Shown here: positions 1-9,729 of the stretch, piece by piece
Layout: each line of letters opens with the position of its first letter
Position numbering within the stretch: position 1 is the first letter of the stretch
The notes under the pieces: model-generated
The model's database searches: none
The model's input: the letters and a program-made list of their open reading frames with translations, nothing else
What the model was told of the DNA's origin: nothing
Made by a program: the position numbers and the translations under genes
NCBI GenBank assembly: GCA_903955385.1
Contig: CAJBNH010000118.1
Span: forward strand, 36,045-100,044
DNA: 64,000 nucleotides
Reading direction: 5' to 3'
Source of the DNA: an uncultured Myxococcales bacterium
Lineage (GTDB): Bacteria > Myxococcota_A > UBA9042

Positions 1-551
1 GCGAGGTGGTTGACGAGGTGACGACGGCCGAGCCCGGCAGCGGCCGCGATTCGGTGCGCTTCATCTTCCTGACGCGCAAGGCCGACGCACAGCTGGACTT
101 CGACCTCGAGGTTGCCCGCCGCACCACGATGGACAACCCCGTGTATTACGTTCAGTACGGGCACGCGCGTCTTGCGTCGATCTTGGTCCGAGCGGCTGAG
201 GGCGGCCAGACCTATGCGCCCGGCACCGCGCTGGACGCGCTGCAGCTGGACGACGAGCGTGAATTGGGCATGTTGATCGCGGAGTTTCCCGAAGTGGTAG
301 CGCGCGCTGCCCGCGGTCGCGAGCCCCACCTGATCGCGTACTACCTGATGGAGGCCTGTCGGGCGTTCCACGGCTACTATTCGCGCCACAAGGCCGATGA
401 TCGTGTGATCACCGACGACCGCGCGAAGACTCAGGCGCGCCTTGCGATGGTGGCGGCGTTGAAGCAGGTGATCGCCAATGGACTTGCGCTGTTGGGCGTC
501 ACTGCGCCCGAGCGGATGGTGTCCCTGCAGGAAGGCGTGACTGAGGAGTAG
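1..551 (+). CDS. argS: Arginine--tRNA ligase, C-terminal portion (the 5' end lies upstream of the window)
   Basis: The ORF runs from the window edge. The translation carries the DALR anticodon-binding region (NPVYYVQYGHARLASIL), typical of the ArgS C-terminus. Stop at 549-551. Confidence 0.85.
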   Translation, partial: EVVDEVTTAEPGSGRDSVRFIFLTRKADAQLDFDLEVARRTTMDNPVYYVQYGHARLASILVRAAEGGQTYAPGTALDALQLDDERELGMLIAEFPEVVARAARGREPHLIAYYLMEACRAFHGYYSRHKADDRVITDDRAKTQARLAMVAALKQVIANGLALLGVTAPERMVSLQEGVTEE

Positions 552-566
552 GTCAGGAGGCCCCCC

Positions 567-1301
567 GTGCCGCTGCGCGACTTCGAACACGTGCGTGAAC
601 GCATCGAGCTTCGGGTCGAGGTGCGTCACCTGATTCAGGCTGGCGCCGGCGTGCTGGGGGCACTGGTGCTCGCGTTCCTGCTGGGATACTGGACCGGCGC
701 AAGGCAGTCGCCCGACACAGCACGACGCCCCCAAGTCGCCGTGGCTTCGACAGAACCTGCGCCAGCCCCGCAAGTCCCGGCCGACCTCGCGTCCGCCGAA
801 GCGCCCATCTTGCCGAAGGCCGTGGCGGAGTCTCGCGTCGCGCAAATGCCGGTTCGGCCGCCTGAGCCGCCGCAAGCTCCCGCTGCACCTGAGGCTTTGG
901 CGCCGGTGCGGGCGCCGGAACGCGTCGCGCCAGTAGTCCCCCCCCTTGCGCTCCGCGCACCCCGGGCGGCGGTCGAGTCGCCTGACCCCGCCAAGGCTGC
1001 CGCTGACGCGGACGAAGAGGACCCGGAAGTGTCGGGCCGCCGCGACCCGAAGGCGGCGGTCACGAAGGGCTTCCACCTGCAAATCCGCGCGTTTCGCGAT
1101 GCGGCAGAGGCCAAGTCGCTGCAGCAGCAGCTGAAGTCCCGCGGCCACCCGGCAGTGCTGACGTCGGTCGAGGTTCCGGGCAAGGGAACGTTCTGGCGCC
1201 TGCGTTTGGGACCCTACGCGTCGCTGGACGAGACCCGCGCGGCCCAGCGGCGATTCGAGGAGGCCGAAGGGCTGCCGACGATGATTCTGGTCGACCCCTG
1301 A
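567..1301 (+). CDS. SPOR-domain protein: N-terminal transmembrane helix, Pro/Ala-rich linker, C-terminal SPOR peptidoglycan-binding domain
   Basis: GTG start at 567, preceded by AGGAGG 6 nt upstream. There is a hydrophobic segment (GVLGALVLAFLLGYW). The C-terminus (FHLQIRAFRDAAEAKSLQQQL...FWRLRLGPYASLDETRAAQRR) matches the SPOR fold pattern. A SPOR gene commonly follows argS. Confidence 0.7.
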   Translation: MPLRDFEHVRERIELRVEVRHLIQAGAGVLGALVLAFLLGYWTGARQSPDTARRPQVAVASTEPAPAPQVPADLASAEAPILPKAVAESRVAQMPVRPPEPPQAPAAPEALAPVRAPERVAPVVPPLALRAPRAAVESPDPAKAAADADEEDPEVSGRRDPKAAVTKGFHLQIRAFRDAAEAKSLQQQLKSRGHPAVLTSVEVPGKGTFWRLRLGPYASLDETRAAQRRFEEAEGLPTMILVDP

Positions 1302-1400
1302 CCCCTGCTGCCCTGCCCTTGCCCGACGTCGGCGCTTGAATCGGTGCGTCGCTGTGATAGACGTCCGGCTCCGGCCCATCCCGGTAAAGAGCAGGAGCCC

Positions 1401-3941
1401 ATGGCCCGCACGCAAAACACCAAGGAATCCAAGCTGGTCAAGATCTCCACCCCGAAGGGTCTGGAGGCTTCGGCCTGCACCGTCACGACCAATCTGGACG
1501 CGTTCGACTTCGAAACGACCGAAAGCGTCGAGACGCTGGAGTCCGTCATCGAACAGGATCGTGCCGTCCGCAGCCTGGAGCTGGGCCTGTCGATCACGCG
1601 GCCCAACTACCACGTGTACGTCGCGGGGCCGTCGGGGACCGGCAAGCGCAGTCAGCTGAAGTCGATGCTCAAGCGCATCGCGCCCGACCGCAAGCAGCCC
1701 AACGACTGGGTCTACCTGCACAATTTCTCCGACGAGGACACCCCGCTAGCCATCGGCCTCAAGCCGGGCGAAGGGCGCACCCTGAAGGCGGAGATGGAGA
1801 AGCTGCTGGAGGGTCTGACCCAAGGCCTGCCCGCCGCTTTCCACTCCCGCGAGCATCAGGAGAAGCTGCAGCACACAGTCAGCCAAGGCAACATCAGCTC
1901 AACCGACGCCTTCGTGGCGCTGTCGCGCAAGGCCGAGAAGGTCGGCTTCATCGTCCGCGCCAACAAGAACGACGAGCTGATCACGCTGCCGATCGTCGAT
2001 GGCAAGACCCTGAGCGACAAGGAGATCATGGCGCTGGCGGAGGACGAGCGAAAGAAGCTCGACCGCCGACGCGAGCAGCTGGAGCCCCTGTTCACCGAGT
2101 TCGTGCAGTCCAACCGCCAGGTCGAGCAGAGCACGCAGGCCAAGATCGCCGCGCTGCAGAAGGATCTGGGCGAGCGGATCGCTCGGCCGCTGTTCAAGAA
2201 GGTGCGCGAGCAGTTCCGGTCGGGGGGCAAGAAGCTGGCGGCGTTCCTGGAAGCGCTGTACCAGGAAGTGCTTGCCCACATGGAGCGCTTTCTGCCTGAG
2301 GACGAGCGCCCGCAAGCGCGCGACCAGCCCGGTCCCGACCCGTTCGTGGGTTTCCGCGTCAACCTGGTGGTCGAGAACGGCCAGACCGAGGGCGCTCCCG
2401 TCGTGTTCGAGACGCACCCGACCTACTACCGGCTGTTCGGCAAGGTCGAGCGGCGCGTCGAGCAAGGCATCTACTTCACCGACCACACGATGATCCGCGC
2501 CGGGTCGTTTGCGCGGGCCAATGGTGGCTACCTGATCTGCCACGCGGCGGACCTGTTCCAGTTCCCTGGGGTCTGGGAGAACCTGAAGGCCACGCTGCGC
2601 AACGCTGAAGTTGCCATCGAGGATCTGGGCGAAACCGCAGGACTGCTGCCCACCAGCGGCCTGAAGCCCGAGCCGATTCCGTTGAGCGTCAAGCTGGTCT
2701 TGATCGGGTCGAACGCGCTGTACCACACGCTGTATCGCGCAGATGACGACTTCAAGAAGATCTTCCAGATCAAGGCGGACTTCGACTACGAGATCCGCCG
2801 GTCGCAAGAGTCGGTCGCCAACTATGTCCGCTTCATCGCGACCGCCGCCAAGAACAACGGCTGCCGGCCCATCGACAAGGATGGCGTAGCGGCGGTGATC
2901 GAACACGGGTCGCGCTTGGTGGACTCACAGCGGAAATTGACGCTGCGTTTCAATCAGTTGTCCAACCTGATGGTCGAGGCAGACTACTTCGCCGGCAAGG
3001 GGCGCTCGCGCACGATCCAGCGCAAGCACATCGAACGTGCCATCGCACAGCGGACCCTCAGCTCCAGCCTGATTGCCGACAAGATGCACGAGGACCTGTT
3101 GGACGATCAGTGGCTGCTGGAGTCGTCCGGCACCGGGGTCGGCGTCATCAACGGCCTGGCCGTCCTGTCGGTCGGCGAGCATCAGTTTGGCCGACCGTTC
3201 CGCGTCACGGCGCGGTCATTCGCAGGCAACCAAGGCATCGTCAACATCGAGCGCGAAGTGCAGATGTCGGGCGAAATCCACGACAAGGGCGTGCAGATCC
3301 TGTCGGGCTTTCTGGGCGATCGGTTCGCGCAGCGGCGGCCGCTTTGTCTGACCGCCACGGTCACGTTCGAGCAGAGCTACGGCGAGGTCGATGGGGATAG
3401 CGCGTCCAGCACCTGGCTCTACGCAATCCTGTCCGCCGTGTCGGGTGTGGCGATCGATCAGGGCATCGGCGTGACCGGTTCCGTCAATCAACTTGGACAG
3501 ATCCAGCCTATTGGCGGTGTGAACGAGAAGATCGAGGGCTTCTTCCGCTTCTGCCAGGCCCGCCGACTGACCGGCAAGCAGGGCGTCATCATCCCCTGGC
3601 AGAACGTGCAGCACCTGGTCCTGAGCAGGGACGTGCGCGAGGCCATCGCCAAGGACAAGTTCCACGTCTGGCCCATCTCGACGGTCGAGGCCGGTATCGA
3701 GATCCTGACCGGCGTCAAGGCTGGCGTGATGCGCGCAGATGGCATCTATCCTCCGGGCACGCTGATGCGGCAGGTGCAAGACCGACTGGACGAGCTGCGC
3801 AAGCACGCAGACCTGGCGCGTTCGGTTGGTGTGAAGAAGACAGCAGTTCCGTCGGCAGCGGTGCGCGCCGCACGGCGCCAGAACGATGAGGCCGATTTTC
3901 CCGACGAGGTCGGCGACCGCGCCCGCGTCGTCCGGCGCTAA
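1401..3941 (+). CDS. Lon-like ATP-dependent protease (AAA+ P-loop plus S16 Lon C-terminal proteolytic domain, LonB/COG1067-like)
   Basis: Walker A motif (VAGPSGTGKRS). The C-terminal domain has the catalytic Ser (DGDSASS) and Lys (IGGVNEKIEGF), aligning to the Lon S16 dyad. ATG at 1401 follows a GGAG; the ORF track starts further upstream at 1344. Confidence 0.7.
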   Translation: MARTQNTKESKLVKISTPKGLEASACTVTTNLDAFDFETTESVETLESVIEQDRAVRSLELGLSITRPNYHVYVAGPSGTGKRSQLKSMLKRIAPDRKQPNDWVYLHNFSDEDTPLAIGLKPGEGRTLKAEMEKLLEGLTQGLPAAFHSREHQEKLQHTVSQGNISSTDAFVALSRKAEKVGFIVRANKNDELITLPIVDGKTLSDKEIMALAEDERKKLDRRREQLEPLFTEFVQSNRQVEQSTQAKIAALQKDLGERIARPLFKKVREQFRSGGKKLAAFLEALYQEVLAHMERFLPEDERPQARDQPGPDPFVGFRVNLVVENGQTEGAPVVFETHPTYYRLFGKVERRVEQGIYFTDHTMIRAGSFARANGGYLICHAADLFQFPGVWENLKATLRNAEVAIEDLGETAGLLPTSGLKPEPIPLSVKLVLIGSNALYHTLYRADDDFKKIFQIKADFDYEIRRSQESVANYVRFIATAAKNNGCRPIDKDGVAAVIEHGSRLVDSQRKLTLRFNQLSNLMVEADYFAGKGRSRTIQRKHIERAIAQRTLSSSLIADKMHEDLLDDQWLLESSGTGVGVINGLAVLSVGEHQFGRPFRVTARSFAGNQGIVNIEREVQMSGEIHDKGVQILSGFLGDRFAQRRPLCLTATVTFEQSYGEVDGDSASSTWLYAILSAVSGVAIDQGIGVTGSVNQLGQIQPIGGVNEKIEGFFRFCQARRLTGKQGVIIPWQNVQHLVLSRDVREAIAKDKFHVWPISTVEAGIEILTGVKAGVMRADGIYPPGTLMRQVQDRLDELRKHADLARSVGVKKTAVPSAAVRAARRQNDEADFPDEVGDRARVVRR

Positions 3942-3995
3942 CGAAGTCGCCGCCCTCTGCAGCAACACGCCCGCCCTTCATGAGACAGGTGGCAA

Positions 3996-4391
3996 ATGAC
4001 CACAAGTCTGCCCCACGTCAAGGCTTTCGAGCGCTGGGTGGTGGCGTTGAACCGCTACGGCGACCTTTCGGCGACGACGGCCGCCGTCAGCGACGACGTC
4101 GAAGTGCTACGCCACGGGTTCGGACCGGAGCGCGGACTGGTGGTCGAGCGGATTCAAGGCATCGACGCCGTGGTGCGATGGCTGGCGCTGACCCGCGACA
4201 TCTGCCGGTTTGAGCTGGTCTCGAGCACCGGAGCCGCCTCAGCCGACGGCGAAGCGACCGCTCGCTACCGCATCACTGCTGAGGAATTTGTCGGCGGTGG
4301 GGAGTGGCGAGCGCAGCTTGCCCCGGATGGCCGCATCCGACGGCTGCAGCACCTGCCGGACGACCTGGACCCGAAGTGGTCGATGCCGTGA
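3996..4391 (+). CDS. Hypothetical small protein, possibly NTF2/SnoaL-like fold
   Basis: 131 aa ORF with GC-rich third codon positions. No strong motif; pattern only loosely resembles a SnoaL-like fold. Confidence 0.4.
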   Translation: MTTSLPHVKAFERWVVALNRYGDLSATTAAVSDDVEVLRHGFGPERGLVVERIQGIDAVVRWLALTRDICRFELVSSTGAASADGEATARYRITAEEFVGGGEWRAQLAPDGRIRRLQHLPDDLDPKWSMP

Positions 4392-4395
4392 AGAT

Positions 4396-6081
4396 CTAGC
4401 CTCGTCGCACCCGGGCGCGCCACAGGTACAGCCCCAGCAGGCCAAACACGAGCAGCAGTCCAGTGCCGGGCGACGATGCGGGGATTCCTTGGCGTGACGC
4501 GCAGCTCCACCCCGCTGCGGTCGAGTCGGTCTGGCAGCCGTCCTCGTCGGTCTGACCATCGCAGTCGTCATCGAGTTCGTTGCCACACAGCTCGCCGGAG
4601 GTGGGGGCAATCGGCTGCACATTGCACTCGGCGGACGTCCGGTCACCTGCGCACATCACCTTGCCGACGACGCGGCAGACGCCCACGCCTGCCTCACACT
4701 GTTTGCCGACGTCGAAGCCCTCGTCGGTTTGGCCGTCGCAGTTGTTGTCCACACCGTCGCCGCAGAGCTCTGCAACGCCTGACTTCTGATCCGCATCGCA
4801 GACAACCGCGCCCGCCACGCCGCACTTCCAGACTCCGTTGGCGGCGCAGAGGCCATCGCCCACTGCGCACGCTTGGCCCAGACCCAAGTCCTCGTCGGTC
4901 GCTCCGTCGCAGTCGTTGTCGAGGTCATCGCAAAGGGTTTCAGTCGCTTGCCAGGACAGCGGCAGCGCGCACTGGGCGACGCCCCCTGCCGCACACACCG
5001 GCTGGGCTTGGGCGCAGACGCCAACCTCGCCGCAAGTCAAGGCAATCTGGACCTGCTCGTCGGTCTGTCCGTCGCAATCGTCATCGGCGCCGTTGCAGAC
5101 CTCGTCCGGCGTCGGCCCGCAAACGCCGCACGTGTTCAACAGGTCCTCGTCCGTTTGCCCGTCGCAGTCGTTGTCGAAGCCATCACAGAGGGTTTCGACG
5201 GCGGCCTCGTACCCGTAGGAGTAGGCGCACGAGTACCCGGCGGCACCGTTGCACTTCGCCACGGCGGTGCCGTCCTTGTTGGGCACCGCGCACACGCCCT
5301 GCGCCAGACACGTGCCGACCGGAGCCACGACGCCCTCGTCGGTCGCTCCGTCGCAGTCGTCGTCGATCCCGTTGCAGACTTCGAGGGCGGTGGGAAACGC
5401 TTCGCCGTTCTGATCGTTGCAGTCACCGTCCTGAACGCGGAATCCGTCACCGTCCAGGTCGCAGGACAAGTTGGCCTTGCCAGGCGTGCCTGCGGGAGTG
5501 GAAGCCGGACCGGACGGCTGGCACCACAGCGCCAGGTCGTCGTTCTGACACGGGTCGGCAAACGCAGGATCCAGCCCCCATACGGCGGGTTGACTGGGAT
5601 TACCCCCCTCGCACTGGTCCCATTCCACGTCGTCCAGTGGGCCGGACGGTCCCTCCAGCGAGATCGCCCCCTTGCAGCCTGCAAGGGCAAACTCGCCGCC
5701 AAGGTCCACGACGGTCGGCTTCTCCGGGTTCTTCGCCGGGGGCTGGTGACCAAAGGCAACCGCCTCTCCCGGACCAAGGACCTTCCACACCGTGCCCAGT
5801 CCCCAAGTTGCCGACTTCGCCTCGGACGACTCCACTTGCATCGTGACTTTGTCCAAGCTGACAGCGAGGTTGGAGATGTTGGTGACCTCGACCCAGGCCG
5901 GAGCCCCCTTGCCGCCAAGCGCAAACTCCGTGACCACCAAGGTCGATCCCGCCGCGCACGCAGGCTTCGGGTCAGCTTGGACAGCGCAAGGAGGCCAGAC
6001 AACTGCGACGGCGATCAGCGCGCACAGGACCAGCCTTGCAGGGGGAATCGTTTGGAGGTCGGTGGCGGTACGGAGCAACAT
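4396..6081 (-). CDS. Secreted protein: signal peptide, lamin-tail-like N-domain, five or more MopE-type Cys/Asp repeats (C-x-G-x-D-[DN]-D-C-D-G-x-T-D-E), and a MYXO-CTERM-like tail
   Basis: Signal peptide MLLRTATDLQTIPPARLVLCALIAVAVVWPPCAVQA. Repeated CDGFDNDCDGQTDE / CNGADDDCDGQTDE / CDDLDNDCDGATDE / CGDGVDNNCDGQTDE / CGNELDDDCDGQTDE. C-terminus GWSCASRQG...GTGLLLVFGLLGLYLWRARVRRG. Start trimmed to ATG 6081; the ORF track extends to 6153. Confidence 0.7.
   Translation of the reverse strand: MLLRTATDLQTIPPARLVLCALIAVAVVWPPCAVQADPKPACAAGSTLVVTEFALGGKGAPAWVEVTNISNLAVSLDKVTMQVESSEAKSATWGLGTVWKVLGPGEAVAFGHQPPAKNPEKPTVVDLGGEFALAGCKGAISLEGPSGPLDDVEWDQCEGGNPSQPAVWGLDPAFADPCQNDDLALWCQPSGPASTPAGTPGKANLSCDLDGDGFRVQDGDCNDQNGEAFPTALEVCNGIDDDCDGATDEGVVAPVGTCLAQGVCAVPNKDGTAVAKCNGAAGYSCAYSYGYEAAVETLCDGFDNDCDGQTDEDLLNTCGVCGPTPDEVCNGADDDCDGQTDEQVQIALTCGEVGVCAQAQPVCAAGGVAQCALPLSWQATETLCDDLDNDCDGATDEDLGLGQACAVGDGLCAANGVWKCGVAGAVVCDADQKSGVAELCGDGVDNNCDGQTDEGFDVGKQCEAGVGVCRVVGKVMCAGDRTSAECNVQPIAPTSGELCGNELDDDCDGQTDEDGCQTDSTAAGWSCASRQGIPASSPGTGLLLVFGLLGLYLWRARVRRG
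4533..5469. repeat. Intragenic tandem-like repeats encoding the Cys/Asp-rich putative metal-binding motif (five or six copies)
   Basis: Recurrent DDDCDGQTDE-coding units are visible in the minus-strand translation. Coordinates are approximate, from protein indices. Confidence 0.55.
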
Positions 6082-6282
6082 CACGCCCCGCAGGATACGG
6101 ACGCCCTTGAGGTCACGCCAATTTCTGACGATCCCCAAAGTCCGCGCGGCCACGATGGCCCGTTTCGCGGGCCACGCGGCGAGATTCCGTGTCGCATTTC
6201 ACTTGCATCGGTCTACAATCTTGCCGCGCACTCCCCTGCCCGCGTGCCAAACCACTCTCCCCACGAATCCGGAGGTCTGCCG

Positions 6283-7385
6283 TGAAGTACCTGTTTCCTC
6301 TGTGTCTCGCCGCATTGACGCTGGTCGCCTGTGCCAGAAAGGAGGCTCCCCCCGCGGCCCCTGCCGCCGAGCCGGTGGCCAAGGTCGCTGAGCCCGCGGC
6401 CCCCGCCCTGCCCGCCTTCAGCGACGACATGCTCAAGCTGTTCGCCCCGGTGCCCGCGGTCATCGCTTCGGAGAAGAACCCGGTCACCGACGAGAAGATC
6501 GCGCTCGGCCGCACCCTTTGGTTCGAGACGCGCATGTCCAAGAACCAGGACCTGTCGTGCAACAGCTGCCACACACTGGCGAACTACGGCGTGGACGGCC
6601 AGCCGACCTCGACGGGCCACAAGCAGCAGAAGGGCGGGCGCAATTCGCCGACCGTGTACTTCGCCGCCGGCCATCTGGCGCAGTTCTGGGACGGCCGCTC
6701 TCCCGACGTCGAGGATCAGGCCAAGGGCCCCGTCTTGAACCCGGTCGAGATGGCGATGAAGGACGCCGCAGCCGTGGAGACCGTCCTGCGCTCGATCCCC
6801 GAGTACAAGGTCCTGTTCGAAAAGGCTTTCCCGCCTGCTGCCCCCGGAGCTGAGGTCGTGACGTTCGACAATGCCGCGCTGGCGATCGCCGCATTCGAGC
6901 GCAAGCTGGTCGCGCCGTCGCGTTTCGACAAGTTCCTGGCGGGCGACAAGACCGCGCTGACGGCCGACGAGCAGGTCGGCCTCGCCACCTTCGTTCAGAC
7001 CGGTTGCACGGGCTGTCACTCTGGGGCCTACGTCGGCGGCGGGCAGTACCGCAAGCTGGGCGAGGTCAAGCCGTGGACGGGCGATCAGGACGAGGGCCGC
7101 GCGGGCGTGACGAAGAACGCCGCTGAGAAGCAGCTGTTCAAGGTGCCGTCCCTGCGCAACATCGAGAAGACAGGGCCGTACTTCCACACGGGCGGCGTCA
7201 CCAAGCTGGAGGAGGCGGTCAAGCTGATGGCCTTCCACCAGCTGGGCAAGGACATCGACGACGCGACGGTTGGACGGATCGTCACCTTCCTGAAGACGCT
7301 GACCGGCGAACTGCCCACGGACTACATTCAGGCGCCCACGCCCCTGCCGAATGGTCCGGCCACGCCCGCCCCCGATCCGGCGTGA
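6283..7385 (+). CDS. Di-heme cytochrome c peroxidase (CcpA/MauG family), lipoprotein-type signal
   Basis: Two CxxCH heme motifs (CNSCH, CTGCH). Conserved CCP segments (FWDGRS, PSLRNIEKTGPYFHTG). GTG start at 6283 follows GGAGG. Signal VKYLFPLCLAALTLVAC. Confidence 0.85.
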
Positions 7386-7538
7386 CCGCCCGTCCCCGAT
7401 CCCGCAAGGGCGTGAGCGCGGTTCCGCTGACCTGAATGACGTTGCGGAACCTCACCAACTTGCACCCGGCCGACATCTGCCGTTCAATGCCACGCCGCCG
7501 GCCGACCTGCGTCGCGCGGCCGGAACGGAGATGGCCCC

Positions 7539-8780
7539 ATGTCGCTGATTCGCCCCTTCCCCGCCCTTCGCCCTGCCCCCGGCCGCGCTGATGAAGTGGT
7601 GGCGCCCCCCTACGACGTCGTGTCCACGGCCGAAGCCTTGGCCCGCGCCACCGGAAAGCCGTTCAGCTTCCTGCACATCTCGCGCCCCGAGATCGACCTT
7701 CCGGCACACACCGACCCGTACTCCGCCGCCGTGTACGCCAAGGGACGGGAGAACTTTCTGGCGCAGATCCAGCAGGGCGTGCTGCTGCGGGACCCCGAGC
7801 CCTACTACTACGTCTATCGACTGACCATGGGCAGCCACGTGCAGACCGGTCTGGTCGCCACTGCGTCGGTGCAGGCCTACGACCAGCAGCGCATTCGCCG
7901 CCACGAATTCACCCGCGTGGACAAGGAAGACGACCGCGTTCGACAGGTCGACGCTTTGGGAGCCCAGACCGGCCCAGCGTTTCTGACCTATCGCCACAAC
8001 GCCGACGTCACGGCCATTCAGGACCGGGCGGCGCAGGGCACGCCCGACGTCGACGTAGTCGCAGATGACGGCGTGCGGCACCAGCTGTGGGTGCTGAGGG
8101 ATCGCGGACAAATCGACCGATTGACCGCCGCTTTCGACGCCATGGACCGGCTGTACATTGCCGACGGGCACCACCGCTCTGCCGCTGCCTCTCGTGTCGC
8201 TGCCGCACGCCGCGCCAAGACTGCCAACCCGACCGGCAACGAGCCGTGGGACTACTTCCTTGCCGTAATATTTCCCGACGACCAGATGCAGATCCTCGAT
8301 TACAATCGGGTGGTTCGCGACCTTCACGGGCACACGCCCGCCGGGTTCCTGGCCAAGCTCGCCCCGTCGTTCGAGGTCGATCCGGTGGCCCAAGCCGTGA
8401 AGCCGCGCGGTACTGGCGAGTTCTCGATGTATCTGGATGGCAAGTGGTATCGGCTGCGCGTGCGGCCAGAGCGGGTCCCGCAGAACGACCCGGTGGGCCG
8501 TCTGGACGTCAGTGTGCTGGCCGCACAGGTGATCGAGCCGTTGTTGGGGATCAGCGACCCCCGCCGCGACAAGCGCATCGACTTCGTCGGAGGTATCCGT
8601 GGGTTGGCGGCCCTGCAAGCTCGCGTCGACAGCGGTGAGATGGCGGTCGCGCTGTCGCCGTATCCGACCTCGATGGCCGAGCTGATGGCGGTGGCGGACG
8701 TAGGCGAGGTCATGCCGCCCAAGTCGACCTGGTTCGAGCCCAAGCTGGCCGACGGACTGTTCTCGCACGTCATCGACTAG
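7539..8780 (+). CDS. DUF1015-family protein
   Basis: N-terminus MSLIRPFPALRPAPGRADEVVAPPYDVVSTAEA fits the DUF1015 signature as I recall it. 413 aa. Confidence 0.6.
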   Translation: MSLIRPFPALRPAPGRADEVVAPPYDVVSTAEALARATGKPFSFLHISRPEIDLPAHTDPYSAAVYAKGRENFLAQIQQGVLLRDPEPYYYVYRLTMGSHVQTGLVATASVQAYDQQRIRRHEFTRVDKEDDRVRQVDALGAQTGPAFLTYRHNADVTAIQDRAAQGTPDVDVVADDGVRHQLWVLRDRGQIDRLTAAFDAMDRLYIADGHHRSAAASRVAAARRAKTANPTGNEPWDYFLAVIFPDDQMQILDYNRVVRDLHGHTPAGFLAKLAPSFEVDPVAQAVKPRGTGEFSMYLDGKWYRLRVRPERVPQNDPVGRLDVSVLAAQVIEPLLGISDPRRDKRIDFVGGIRGLAALQARVDSGEMAVALSPYPTSMAELMAVADVGEVMPPKSTWFEPKLADGLFSHVID

Positions 8781-8804
8781 CCGCGACGGGCGACGCCATC
8801 GGGT

Positions 8805-9638
8805 CTAGCGCAGCTTGCCGATCGCTTCCTTGGCGTTGTCTCGCACCAGCGGATTGGGGTCCTTCAGCGCTGCCTTGACCGCGTCACGCCCCGCCTTGTC
8901 GCCCATCTTGCCCAACGCCTTGACCGACCGCAGCCGCACCCAAGTCTCGGGGTCGCGCGTAGCCTTGATCAGCGCAGGAATCGCCGACTTGTCGTGCAGC
9001 AGGCCCACGGCATAGGCGGCCAGGCTGCGCGCGTTGACGTTCGTGTCCTTCTCCAGCACCTCGACCAGGGCCGTCGCCGTACCGGGTACGTTGTAATCGG
9101 TCAGGGCCGCCGCCACGTTGCCGCGGACGTCGGGATTCGGTTCGTACAGCAGGGAGCGGTTGAAGGCGGCGGCGACCTCGGCGGTCAGCGGCGGCTCCAG
9201 CAGCGCAAGCAAGGTCGGCGCGTGGGTCCGCACGTTCTGGTCGTCGCACCACATCGCCTTGAGCAGCACCGCGTGGATCTTGGCTCCCAGCGCCTTGTAC
9301 CGGTCGGCCACTGCGCGCGAGGCACCGTTTGCCTTGAGGTCTTCGAGTGCGCCGCGAAGGTCCGCGTCCGCCGTCAGGCTGTCGAACGCCACGAAGGCCT
9401 CTGCCTGCTGTCCAGCGCGGGCGGCACCGCTATCGGTCGGGACCTGGAAGCCAGCGAGCTCCGGCGCGGGGGCTTCGGCTGCGGGCTCAGGCGCGGGATT
9501 GGCCAGAACGTCAGCGGGCACCACGGGCTCGGGCGCTGCCTGACCCAAGGAGCGCAAGCCCTTCTCGGCGGAGTCGTGGTTGGAGCAGGCGGCGAGTCCG
9601 ACGATGGCGGCAAGGACGAAGACTAGGGGGGAACGCAT
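8805..9638 (-). CDS. HEAT/PBS-lyase repeat lipoprotein
   Basis: Lipoprotein signal MRSPLVFVLAAIVGLAAC. C-terminal HEAT-like repeats (RDPETWVRLRSVKALGKMGD...LKDPNPLVRDNAKEAIG). ATG at 9636-9638 with GGAGG upstream. Confidence 0.65.
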   Translation of the reverse strand: MRSPLVFVLAAIVGLAACSNHDSAEKGLRSLGQAAPEPVVPADVLANPAPEPAAEAPAPELAGFQVPTDSGAARAGQQAEAFVAFDSLTADADLRGALEDLKANGASRAVADRYKALGAKIHAVLLKAMWCDDQNVRTHAPTLLALLEPPLTAEVAAAFNRSLLYEPNPDVRGNVAAALTDYNVPGTATALVEVLEKDTNVNARSLAAYAVGLLHDKSAIPALIKATRDPETWVRLRSVKALGKMGDKAGRDAVKAALKDPNPLVRDNAKEAIGKLR

Positions 9639-9729
9639 GAGACCTCCGTTCAAGAGGCGACAAGCGTAGTACGGCAAAGCGGCGGTGGATACCCGGCAAC
9701 CGGGCGCGAAGTTCAGGGAGCGATCAGGG

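Noticed and set aside
1401-3941. BREX BrxL Lon-like protease
   Set aside because: No BrxA/B/C, PglX or PglZ genes are in the vicinity. The neighbours are argS/SPOR and a secreted protein, so it is more likely a housekeeping LonB/COG1067 protease.
4476-6285. 456-aa and 470-aa plus-strand ORFs, extremely Arg-rich
   Set aside because: They are antisense to the Cys/Asp-repeat secreted protein gene and have no motifs, so they are high-GC artefacts.
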